IMG/VR virus record: IMGVR_UViG_3300050190_000017
Reading direction: 5' to 3' (one strand)
DNA: 64,000 nucleotides
From: a virus
Lineage: Duplodnaviria; Heunggongvirae; Uroviricota; Caudoviricetes
Below are positions 26,225-35,900 of the stretch, one piece after another (position 1 is the stretch's first letter; the number at the start of each line of letters is the position of its first letter). The position numbers were made by a program, and so were the translations under genes. The notes beneath the pieces are model-generated. The model searched no databases. It worked only from the letters and a program-made list of their open reading frames with translations, and was not told where the DNA came from.

Positions 26225-26233
26225 TATGAAATT
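26225..26233 (-). promoter_or_regulatory. Candidate late promoter AATTTCATA
   Basis: TATGAAATT on the + strand, 30 nt upstream of ATG 26195. Confidence 0.5.
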
Positions 26234-26237
26234 GAAC

Positions 26238-26972
26238 TTATCGACCCTTAGACTTACCAGCAGCCCGAGCTTCATTAGCTGTCTTAGCGGAGCTCGCATG
26301 AATATAGCGAAGCTCAAAGGGAGCAAACCCTGTAGCCTTAGCCACCTCCTCTACATCCCCTACCATCAACACGGCCTCCCTCAAGTCCTTAGCCTTCTGT
26401 AGATGAAGCAGCTCGTACAGAGTTTGAAGTTTCAAGGAAGATTTAAGTTTACGGTGCATAACAGTGTACGACTCTATACCAGCTAGGTAGGCAATGATGA
26501 CCTGCTGTACTTCCTTCCGTAGGGCGTAGGGCGTCACACGATAAATTTGTGTCTGGATCAGGTTCAAGAAGCTTGGCTTGGTAGCGGAGTTCACAAACTC
26601 AAGTGTTGTTGGCTCCTTGGATACTAGAGACCAGTTGCTATTAACTCTATGGGCTGAAATCAATGCGCTCTTAATTGAAGCTTGCAAACAGTGGCCTCGG
26701 TGATCCGGCCATAGGAAGGTACTGAGGTTTGTCGTGGACAGCAAAGCTCTACAGTCGGTAACGAAGAGGACAAGACGTTCTCCATTTACCCTGTGTATGT
26801 TTTTAACTCGGTCAACTACAACCGGCCATACTGGTTGTTCCTTACATAGACCATCGTGAACTAGACGCCGAGTACCTCCCTCTAGGGTATGACTAAGGTT
26901 TAAACTCTTGAGGGCCTCAGAGATTTGGAGGGGTGAATAATCTATAATACCGTATGCTTGTAGGATTGGCAT
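26238..26972 (-). CDS. Possible clamp-loader delta-like subunit
   Basis: 244 aa, helical C-terminus, close to clamp and DnaX-like genes; weak recognition. Confidence 0.35.
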   Translation of the reverse strand: MPILQAYGIIDYSPLQISEALKSLNLSHTLEGGTRRLVHDGLCKEQPVWPVVVDRVKNIHRVNGERLVLFVTDCRALLSTTNLSTFLWPDHRGHCLQASIKSALISAHRVNSNWSLVSKEPTTLEFVNSATKPSFLNLIQTQIYRVTPYALRKEVQQVIIAYLAGIESYTVMHRKLKSSLKLQTLYELLHLQKAKDLREAVLMVGDVEEVAKATGFAPFELRYIHASSAKTANEARAAGKSKGR

Positions 26973-27056
26973 GGGGTTGCTCCGTCAGTGAGGCTAGGGG
27001 TGCTATGATACGTTGTACTACGTGTCATCAACGCTAGTTCTAGTTAGTGGGTTACT

Positions 27057-29303
27057 CTACTGCATGTGCGGCATACCTTCTTTAACTACGGATACACCGT
27101 TCGTCTTCACCACAGTGAAGCACTTTGCACCCTCCCAGAGTTCATCCGACTTCGGCGTTATTACTACAATACTTGGTATGAGGGTTAAAAGTACCGGCAC
27201 TAATGCTTGAAGGCTTTCGGTCATTTCTTTGGACAGATTGGCGGATGGTTCATCAAGTATCAGTACAGAGCATCTCTTGTGTGACGGTACAAAGGCTAAC
27301 AAGGCTAACACTAAGACGATGGTAAACAGCTTCGACTCAGCACCACTTAACTTTCGTACATCAGAGGTAAGGGTCTTCTTGCCATACTTACGATGGACTA
27401 GTAAGGAGATCTGTGTGCCCCACTGAAATTCAAATGTATAATCTTCTGGGAAGATGGCACGCGCGTATTTGTTTACTAATTGCATTAACCGTGCACTAAT
27501 AGAAGTGACAGCCATCTTCTTTAGGTTCTTGTCCTGGTATCCCTGCACCAGGTGCTTAAGCGCGGGTTCATCCTTCAACTGTTCTCGTAGTTCAACTAGA
27601 CGCTCTCGTGTTTCTAGTAGACGAGAGGCCACCGTGCGATGGACTTCCAGCTTGGCCTGTGCTTTGGACAGCAGCTCTTGTAATTGATTCATGCGGCCGT
27701 GCAGATCATCACCTGCCTTGGCCGCCTCTATGTCCTTAGAGGTTAGCTTGGTGAATGCTATAATCGAGTCAAGGTGCGGCTTACAGAACTCAAGCAACTG
27801 CTTACGCTCTAGGATCTCTTCTAGCATACGCTTTAGCACTACGACTTGAAGTTTCTTACCTTCGAAGGGTTTAGGTTTCCTAGGCAGATTCTGCAGCTCG
27901 TCATTGATCTTAGCCCAAGGCTTGAGCTTCACTAAGTCAGCAGAACGTGCATCGTAGTTGGTGTTAGCTTCGTCAATCTTGAGCTTCAACTCCTTCTGGA
28001 ACTTGCGAGCCTTTACGTATTCCCGGTAGTCCTTATGCTGTGCAATCAACAGGGTCAGTGCTTTCACTCGTTTACGTAGAACAGCAGGATTCTTAATCTG
28101 TACTACCTGACCACACGTCTCACACTTACCTTCTGAGAATTGTTCAGCGTGCTCCAGCTGATGTTTGTAGGCACGAAGACTAGTTGCGGCATCCTCCTCG
28201 TTACCTTCTGGTTTCTCTACTTTCTCCAGAGTCTGGATTTCAGATTCAAGACTCTCTGTCTCAGATTTCAACTCATCCATCTCCGTTTTAATTCCACGGA
28301 GCTCTTTAGCAGTAGTAGCTGCTACCTTGCGTACTTCCTTACCGTGTTCCTTCATGGCTTTACGAGTTGGCTCAGACAGAGCTTCGTAGGCTTCTACATA
28401 GTGTTGGTTATCACGCTTGTATTGTTCCCAGGCTTCCGCGTCTTCTAAGTCCTTGCGAGCTTTCTTGAGTTCCCACAGGTTCGTCTCTACTGCCTTGTTG
28501 AATTCATCCTCTGATATATCTGAATGACACGCTACGTTCAAGACCTTAATTTGCGAGGATGCCGACTGAGCGAAGTGAACTAGGCGAACTGTTTCCTGGA
28601 TCTCTCGGAACTGATCTTGAAGGGCTTCGAGTTTAGCCTTATATGACTGGGCCTTAGTCTTATACTTCGCTAAGTCTTCTGCGGAGAGTAGGTCTTCCTT
28701 CGACTTGTTATACTGGGAACGCAACTCCTGGAAGGCTACCTTCGTCTTTTGCAACTTGTTTAATTCTGAGACGAATAGCTTGCGCTCTGCATCAAGTTTG
28801 TCTAACCCAAAGAAGGAAGTGAAGAAGTTCTTACGCTGGGTGGTGGTTCCCATTACCAGAGGGTGGGGAATACGTGCATCCAGGTGGACAAACGTGTTAT
28901 ATTCCTCTTGAGTAATCGGCCAGGCTTTTCTTAGGTAGTTCTTAGCAATGGTAGGAGTACGGAGTTCTTTATCAACCCCGTCCTCCTTGATCTTCATCTT
29001 TTCGGACCGACCCTTCATATAACGAATGACCGTCACTTTCTTCTTGTTGACGGCAGAAGTGAAGGAGAAGGCTCGTGTCCCCTCCTTCACTCGGTCCTGC
29101 TTCGTACCTACGATTGGGTCTTCGTAGATAATTTCAGATAGCTGAGAGAAGAGGTACGACTTGCCCACCCCGTTGCTATTCTTCGACTGAGGACCACCCG
29201 CACGATTCAAGCCATAGATGGTAGTCAGACCTTTGGGGATTTTGAAGGAAACAGATTTGAAGGGGCCGCTATCTTGTAGCTGAATGCTGTGCAGGTGGTT
29301 CAT
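27057..29303 (-). CDS. sbcC: SbcC/Rad50-type SMC ATPase
   Basis: NGVGKS Walker A, long coiled coil with CETCG zinc hook, LSGAE signature, LILDEP Walker B. Confidence 0.9.
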   Translation of the reverse strand: MNHLHSIQLQDSGPFKSVSFKIPKGLTTIYGLNRAGGPQSKNSNGVGKSYLFSQLSEIIYEDPIVGTKQDRVKEGTRAFSFTSAVNKKKVTVIRYMKGRSEKMKIKEDGVDKELRTPTIAKNYLRKAWPITQEEYNTFVHLDARIPHPLVMGTTTQRKNFFTSFFGLDKLDAERKLFVSELNKLQKTKVAFQELRSQYNKSKEDLLSAEDLAKYKTKAQSYKAKLEALQDQFREIQETVRLVHFAQSASSQIKVLNVACHSDISEDEFNKAVETNLWELKKARKDLEDAEAWEQYKRDNQHYVEAYEALSEPTRKAMKEHGKEVRKVAATTAKELRGIKTEMDELKSETESLESEIQTLEKVEKPEGNEEDAATSLRAYKHQLEHAEQFSEGKCETCGQVVQIKNPAVLRKRVKALTLLIAQHKDYREYVKARKFQKELKLKIDEANTNYDARSADLVKLKPWAKINDELQNLPRKPKPFEGKKLQVVVLKRMLEEILERKQLLEFCKPHLDSIIAFTKLTSKDIEAAKAGDDLHGRMNQLQELLSKAQAKLEVHRTVASRLLETRERLVELREQLKDEPALKHLVQGYQDKNLKKMAVTSISARLMQLVNKYARAIFPEDYTFEFQWGTQISLLVHRKYGKKTLTSDVRKLSGAESKLFTIVLVLALLAFVPSHKRCSVLILDEPSANLSKEMTESLQALVPVLLTLIPSIVVITPKSDELWEGAKCFTVVKTNGVSVVKEGMPHMQ

Positions 29304-29308
29304 ATTAC

Positions 29309-29686
29309 TTAGAAGTGGCAGTCAAAAGAAGTCAGCAAAGTACCTGTAGGAAGATCTTTCAGCATCTTCAGGGCTTTCTTAATAGTTAAATTCTTGATCG
29401 GAGCGTAGCCCTCATCTGGCGTACCGTTGTCCTCTAGTTTATACCAACCCTTATCAGTAACGATACCTGCTAGAAACGAAAAGTCTAATTTCTCAGTGTC
29501 AAGGTCGTTGCTCAGAAGTGAGGCTCTAAGCTTCTTAGTTTTCTTGCTCGGGAGCCCTCTGAACAAGCCTGCACCATCACAGTTCTTTCCCTTGTACGTA
29601 CTCTCTGGCTGATCGTAATCAATAATGTGCTGCGCCATGAGGCTGAGCGGGTCCCTACTTACTACAAGTGCCATTCCGTGTGCCAT
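29309..29686 (-). CDS. Hypothetical protein
   Basis: ORF ending LLTSFDCHF; packed in the operon. Confidence 0.6.
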   Translation of the reverse strand: MAHGMALVVSRDPLSLMAQHIIDYDQPESTYKGKNCDGAGLFRGLPSKKTKKLRASLLSNDLDTEKLDFSFLAGIVTDKGWYKLEDNGTPDEGYAPIKNLTIKKALKMLKDLPTGTLLTSFDCHF

Positions 29687-29693
29687 AATTTTC

Positions 29694-30044
29694 TCATTTT
29701 GAGGTTAAAAGATTACTTAGTTCACTTAACGAAGTAGCATGTCCGTGCTCGAGAAGGAACTTCTCGCACAATTCGGGCACACACAGGAATTCGATAATAC
29801 AGGTGGAACCTTCACTAAGGTGTGCGGTCACAAACTCGTTAACACTACCGATCTCGTGTGTCCTGCCCCCGCACTCATTAATTACAGTCTGCGCGTAGAC
29901 AAGCACTGCTTCAACACTATCGAGTTTCCGAGAGTGTACCCGAATAGGGCTTAGGGAGTAGGTACGTACACCGTATTTACCATCCTTGATGAAGAACTCT
30001 AATTGTCTAAGCTTCTTAAGAATCTCAAGTTTTTCAGATGTCAT
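29694..30044 (-). CDS. Hypothetical protein
   Basis: ATGA overlap with the loader gene. Confidence 0.55.
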   Translation of the reverse strand: MTSEKLEILKKLRQLEFFIKDGKYGVRTYSLSPIRVHSRKLDSVEAVLVYAQTVINECGGRTHEIGSVNEFVTAHLSEGSTCIIEFLCVPELCEKFLLEHGHATSLSELSNLLTSK

Positions 30045-31168
30045 TTCGTTGATAGCTGCTTGATAAGAAAGTACAACTCTGCTGAGAGGAGTTCAGTCGC
30101 CGGTACTTGGAAAGATGCTGCCTGACCTTGCACGCGAACCAGGGTGGCATTCACTGCTGCTATAACCCCGAGGTTCAAGTTAAGGCTTTTCGTTCGGCTA
30201 ACCAACTCTTTGTTTGCTGGGGACCACCAAACCTTACTGTGTCTAGCTCCTTCTAGTACTGTGTTGTTCAGCAGGAAGGATGATAGGTATCCGATTTTTC
30301 TGAGGAAGCTAAAGGGATCGGCAACGTCAATCAAACAACGTTGAACCTGCGCGTACTTGAAGCTATACAAAGCAACCATCATATCTACAGCTAGCTTATC
30401 ATCACTAGATTCGGAGGATGATAGAACTTCTGTGATGTGATCCTTAGTCAACATCTTCGGCTTTTTCTCTAGCCCGTTATAGTAGTCGAATAGATTTTCC
30501 ATAACGTTAGCCAGTGTTCGCATCTCCCCACCCGATGCCCTAACTACTGACTTCAATAAGGCCCGCTCTTCGTCGAGAACATAAGTCATGCTCTCACCCT
30601 TAGAGATCCTCAGTGCTTGCTTCAATAGATCACTTGGGGTGTGTGGCTCAAGAGAAATAATTTTGCAGCGGTTGGAGATCGCTTTACCATTACCCGACGT
30701 AAACTTTGATGGGTCCATCGACGCCAAAATCCAGATGGTATCGCGGCTAGGTTCTTCCAGTGGCTTTAGCAAAACAGCGGCTGCCGCAGGGTTCGCTACT
30801 AGCGCCTGCGATTCGTCAATTACGATTATGCGTTTCTTGTTCATTGGCTTGAACTTGGACAGCTTCTCAAGCTCACGCATGTCGTCTATACCACGGGTCG
30901 ATGCCGCGTTGATCTCTTTGTAATCTTGCTGCGAGGACACAGGGCGGCCGTTTACTTCCGCTGCGAATGCCCGGGCCAAGGTGGTCTTACCTGCCGAGGT
31001 GGGCCCCACGATAAGAAGTGCTGCGGGTGGACGTTCGAGCATGCCCCGCAATCGAGTAACTGCAGTCTCATGCCCGATTATTTTTGATAGCGAGTCCGGC
31101 CTATATTTAACATGGAAACTACGATCATCGTCTTGTTGGGGAGTGGGTTTTGTAGTTGCCATGTTCAA
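30041..31168 (-). CDS. dnaX: Clamp loader AAA+ subunit (DnaX gamma/tau-like)
   Basis: HVKYRPDSLSKIIGHE, GPTSAGKTTLAR, EINAASTRGIDDMREL, IVIDES, LLKPLEEP, ISNRC. Confidence 0.88.
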   Translation of the reverse strand: MNMATTKPTPQQDDDRSFHVKYRPDSLSKIIGHETAVTRLRGMLERPPAALLIVGPTSAGKTTLARAFAAEVNGRPVSSQQDYKEINAASTRGIDDMRELEKLSKFKPMNKKRIIVIDESQALVANPAAAAVLLKPLEEPSRDTIWILASMDPSKFTSGNGKAISNRCKIISLEPHTPSDLLKQALRISKGESMTYVLDEERALLKSVVRASGGEMRTLANVMENLFDYYNGLEKKPKMLTKDHITEVLSSSESSDDKLAVDMMVALYSFKYAQVQRCLIDVADPFSFLRKIGYLSSFLLNNTVLEGARHSKVWWSPANKELVSRTKSLNLNLGVIAAVNATLVRVQGQAASFQVPATELLSAELYFLIKQLSTK

Positions 31169-31671
31169 TTAGACTTGTTAAGGAATTTACGTATGAAGCC
31201 GGTACGGTTAGCGGTGGCAAAGATATAGGAGGATATAGACTCCCCTAATTTATCCGCAGCTTCTTTTCTCAGCCTTTCCTGTTCTTCTATAGGGAGTGCC
31301 TTACGCCTTGCCCACTCTGCTTTGTACTCCTGCTCTCGTTCCCAGCTGTAGTACGTGTAGAGCTCACTGAAGGTACGGAGCTTCCAAATGCCAATCAGTT
31401 GACCGTCTAGGAACTGCGCGTAGTACTCTCCAAACGTTCCAGCAGCGTCTCCACAGAACTCAATCTTGCCGGTGTAATTAAGGTCCTCATAGACGTCTAC
31501 ATACGTATTTTCTTTAGTAGCCGCGAACCATTTCTGTCTGCTAGTTACAACCAGGCGACCGTCGCTCGTGATCTTCACCATATCAAGATCGCAATCTAGC
31601 TCCTTTGTCTGGAAAGCTTCCGGCTCTCCCGGAGCTAACCGATCACATTGAATATAATCAAACATTCCCAT
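31165..31671 (-). CDS. Hypothetical phage protein
   Basis: MGMFDYI...FQTKELDC N-terminus of a kind common in phage hypotheticals. Confidence 0.6.
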   Translation of the reverse strand: MGMFDYIQCDRLAPGEPEAFQTKELDCDLDMVKITSDGRLVVTSRQKWFAATKENTYVDVYEDLNYTGKIEFCGDAAGTFGEYYAQFLDGQLIGIWKLRTFSELYTYYSWEREQEYKAEWARRKALPIEEQERLRKEAADKLGESISSYIFATANRTGFIRKFLNKSN

Positions 31672-31673
31672 AA

Positions 31674-31898
31674 TCAGTCCTTAGAGTAGTTATCAACTTC
31701 ATGCTCTACGTAACGAACAACCGAAGCGCTTACTGAGTTGTACGCAGCGTTACGAACTTCACGGGTGCTCTCACCTTCCCGTACTTCGTGAGTTTCGGAT
31801 ACCGTAACAACAACAGGCTCATATTGTTTCAGCTGGACTGTGCGAGCCACAGTTACAGTAATCGTCTTTGCTTCATGTATTGGTTTCTTCGTTGCCAT
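31674..31898 (-). CDS. Hypothetical protein
   Basis: GGAG RBS; TGTAAATA motif upstream. Confidence 0.6.
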   Translation of the reverse strand: MATKKPIHEAKTITVTVARTVQLKQYEPVVVTVSETHEVREGESTREVRNAAYNSVSASVVRYVEHEVDNYSKD

Positions 31899-31928
31899 CT
31901 ATTGCTCCGTTAGTTATGCCATCTGTAC

Positions 31929-31936
31929 TATTTACA
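31929..31936 (-). promoter_or_regulatory. Candidate promoter TGTAAATA
   Basis: Recurrent octamer, 31 nt upstream of ATG 31898. Confidence 0.5.
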
Positions 31937-32900
31937 GTGCTCGACGTTTCTTCTCACGAGCAAGAGCACGCTCCGCCATTCCTCTAATCGGTGTATTCTT
32001 GGTAGCGTTACCAATTCTCACTGCCTCCTTCATCTTGTGTTCCACAGTAGCATCGGACGTCCAAGACGTACAGAACTCACAGTACTCATTAGCACACCGA
32101 CCGTACTGCAGGAGTGCCATAGCTTCTTTCAGTGTCGAAGCATCGAGTGTTTGTCTGTGCATCTTCTTGTACAGAGCTAACCGCTTCTTTACCTTCGCTC
32201 TAGTCTTGTCGGTGAATGGACGATACCACACGGCAGGGTCGGCACTAGGATTATCACGAATGATAAACGCATCCATGATACCCGAGATCTTCATGTCGTA
32301 TTGCAGCTCGAACAGATAAGCGTATGTTTCAATCTGCTCCCGGTAGGTTGCTCCAGGGTCTTTCTCTTTCTTGACTGCCAACTTCAAGCCAGTGGTCTTG
32401 AAGTCAAGGATGAAAAGTTTCCCTTTCCATTTGTAGATGGCATCTATGTGTCCGGAGATCCCACCAACGGAGATCTCAACCTCGTGGTACTCAGTAGGGA
32501 AGTCACAGCACTCCGTCTTGAACGAAAGTTTATGGAATGTCCCGCACTCATGGCACTTGTAGTTGCCGAGGATCTTCCCGCTCTTGGTCAAGTATTGCTG
32601 GAGGACAGTGTGGACTACGGTGCCCATGTTGACATACATAGCACCTGCCATGCCCATCGAGCGATACATACCCTTGCTTGCATGATTGATAAAAAACTCA
32701 ATCGGGCAGAAGGGCATCTGGGAGGGGCGAAGGTACAAGACACGTCCAGGACTAACTCTGCTGGAGTGCGTAACGTTCGCTATGGCATCCGCATACTCCT
32801 TAATTAGATCGGTGACTACCGTATCAGGCTTCTTCTTGGTGGCTACATCTTTTCGTTTCCCAAACCTGGAGCCAGTTTTTATAGCGTGTAGTTCAATCAT
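31932..32900 (-). CDS. Cas4-like PD-(D/E)xK exonuclease
   Basis: RPSQMPFCP, GTVVH, GHIDAIY, ILDFKT, QIETY; C-terminal CANEYCEFC plus an N-terminal Cys fit an Fe-S ligand set. Confidence 0.75.
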   Translation of the reverse strand: MIELHAIKTGSRFGKRKDVATKKKPDTVVTDLIKEYADAIANVTHSSRVSPGRVLYLRPSQMPFCPIEFFINHASKGMYRSMGMAGAMYVNMGTVVHTVLQQYLTKSGKILGNYKCHECGTFHKLSFKTECCDFPTEYHEVEISVGGISGHIDAIYKWKGKLFILDFKTTGLKLAVKKEKDPGATYREQIETYAYLFELQYDMKISGIMDAFIIRDNPSADPAVWYRPFTDKTRAKVKKRLALYKKMHRQTLDASTLKEAMALLQYGRCANEYCEFCTSWTSDATVEHKMKEAVRIGNATKNTPIRGMAERALAREKKRRAL

Positions 32901-32934
32901 TTTCAGTTCTCAGTAGGAGCTAGGTCCATCTGTC

Positions 32935-32961
32935 TATTTACACAAGACAGGCAATTTCATG
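32935..32961. promoter_or_regulatory. Divergent promoter region: TGTAAATA (-) and AATTTCATG (+), 10 nt apart
   Basis: Sits at the strand switch; the same arrangement occurs at 39774-39800. Confidence 0.5.
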
Positions 32962-32999
32962 ACGTGTACAAAATGAAATTCGCATAAGGAGAACGGTTC

Positions 33000-35900
33000 G
33001 TGCTCATACAACTTACGACAGCCGGGGCGATGCTTTTACAGAATGCTACCGGCCCAATTACACTCACCTCATTCGAGTTGGGTTCTGATTATAACTACAC
33101 TCCAGAGCCTACCGACACGATGCTGCACGGTACGGAAGTGTATGCTGGAACTCCTAGCCTACCCCTAGCCGTTAACGCTAACATCGTAAAGTGGTCGTGC
33201 TTCATCGACTACCCAGTTGGTCCTTTCCAATTCGGTGAGATCGGATTATATGTAGGGACTACTCTGTTTGCTCTGGGTACTTCATCCGAGCTTATCGAGA
33301 AGCTAGCTTTGACCTCGGTTGACCCAGGTAACTCTATCGTTATAGATGTTTATGTCTCGGTAGTAGGAACGAACTATAACATCTGGTTGAATTTGAACCA
33401 GAGTAGCAATAGCTTCCGCATGGGGGTGTTGCAAACCGCAGATCAATTACCCCCGTCTGCCGGTGCTGTTCCTAACGCCTACATTGTACAGGGTGCATCT
33501 AGCTATCAGTCCGCATTCTTTGCTTATACAGATACGAATGGGCTATGGAACTTTGATGCCTACGACTTTGCCCAGCAGACCACCGCCACCATCACTGCGG
33601 TGGACAGTCAATCCGTAACGATTGCAATGTCGCAGTACGTAATGGGTATGAGTCCTGCGTACTTCGGTGAAGTGCTGTTGCAGTTTAGTACTGGTGCTCT
33701 GTACGGTATTGTCCGCTACGTGGAGACGGCAGTCATCAGCGGAGACACAGTTACCCTAGGTTTCGCTACTCCCTTAGCAATGTTGCCTGCGGTAGGTGAT
33801 GAATTCCTGGTCTTCGGTCGTCAGATTCTGTCAACCCAGGTGATGAATCTGCCCCCGGCTACCACGACGAAGCTGGGCGCTATAATGGTGGGCTACGGTC
33901 TTCTGGTAGATTCAACCGGATTACTTAGTGTAGACGAAACCAAAGCACCTGTGCAGATGGTTAATGGGCAGATGGGCGATGTGATGCTGACGGCCTCAGA
34001 CATCTACGATATCGCTAAGGTTGCCATTACCGGTAACTATTACGACCTACTGAATTACCCGGCACCATACACGCTAATGCCTGCTACTACCACTACGTTG
34101 GGTGGAGTAAAAGCACCAGCTACGTCGGAAATGCACCTTACCATTGCGACGGATGGTACGATTGATCTAGCGTTCAATCCGGTTAAGTCGGTGAACATGC
34201 AATATCCGGATCCTAGCACAGGTGACGTGGAAGTTTATATCCCTACGTACACAGGTTTAGTTAATCCGGTGGCCTTGTCTGCTAATACAGACTTGAACAC
34301 GATGATGACAACTGGGTTGTACTACATAACCAGTTCGACGGTGGGGACTATCCTGAATTTGCCTTTGGGTGTGGCAACGGAAGCCACGTTAGAAGTTGTA
34401 CCCCTGACTATGGTGGGACCTGGAGATGTTATTCAGCGGGTGTCCACTTCCTCGACTATGTACTTCCGGGGATTAACAGGGAACACCTGGAGCCTTTGGA
34501 ACGAAGTAGCTACCACGATGACTCACATGGAGCAGTCGATTACGGCTACCATGATGAATCAGACTACGTTCCTTACTACTGGCTATACTCCTGGTTACAT
34601 AGAGGTGTTCATTGCGGGATTGAGATTAGTCCCGAACGTAGACTATACGGCTACTGACAGCTTGAACATTACGCTTATTAATGCAGCGTTAATTGCTCAG
34701 GTGCAGATCGGTGCAGTGCTAACCATTTCGTCGTTTACGATCTTCAGTATTAGTAATGCTGTGCCGAAGTCTATGTTGGCTTCATCAACAGGGGCTACCC
34801 TAGTTGGGTATAATTCAATGGACTTAGGGCTCACCACGGTAGGATACTTCCTCAGTCAGCTAGAGGCCGGGTTCCTAGCTGGAAAGTTTACCACGTTGAA
34901 CGTTAGCAATAACACTCCATCTACCTCGACTACCACTGGAGCAGTAACAGTAGTAGGTGGACTTGGTGTTGAAGGCGAACTGAATGTAGGATCGCTATCT
35001 TCAGTGAATCTTAACTTCACCCAAGCGTCTATGCTACCTGTACCTACTACGGGTACTGTGTTTCGGCTGGTCAATGCAGACGGCGTAGAAACGAAGATAG
35101 ATGTGGACGCCTATGTGAGCACGGGTAATCCTATGGCCGGTGTTTCTTTACGTGGAGCACGGGGCACTGCGGCAGCGCCTATGGCAATCCAGAACACGGA
35201 TATTATTGGGCTGGTAGCCGGACATGGTTATGGTACTACTATGTTCCAGATGGGTAGCACTGCTGTTATGCAGTTTGTGGCTGAGGAGAACTTCACCGAT
35301 ACCTCTATGGCTACTGCTATAGCCTGGCAGGTAACTCCTACAGGCTCCATAGTAAGAACCGAGAAGATGCGGTTAAATTCTATGGGTGTCTTGATGTTAG
35401 AGGCTAATCTTCCTTCTACTTCGGTTCTCACTGGTAGTGGTGTTGTAACAGGAGGTCTTGGTGTCAGTGGGGCAGTTAATGCTGGTATGACTTCTTCTGT
35501 TAGTGCTAACGTTACCCCGATCGGCAGCCAGATGCCAGCACCAGTAGGGACAATGCTTAGAGCTACCGAAGCTGATGACACAAATACTAAGATGGTGTTG
35601 GACTCGTATAATACGATGAACCCTACGTCTGGTTATATAGGTCGAGGAGCTAGAGGAACAGCTGCTATACCTACTGCAGTACAGAGCACAGATGTGATCG
35701 CGGCTTTCGGGGGTATTGGGTTTGGTACTACTGAGTATCAACCGCTAGTAACTGGTAGCGTGCATATAGTAGCGGAGGGTGCATTCACCGATACCTCTAA
35801 CCCAACTGCTGTGGCATTCATGGTGACGCCTAGTGGGTCGGTGACGAAGACGGAGGCAGGGCGCTTTAATAGCATGGGTGTGTTAATGCTTGAAGCTAAC

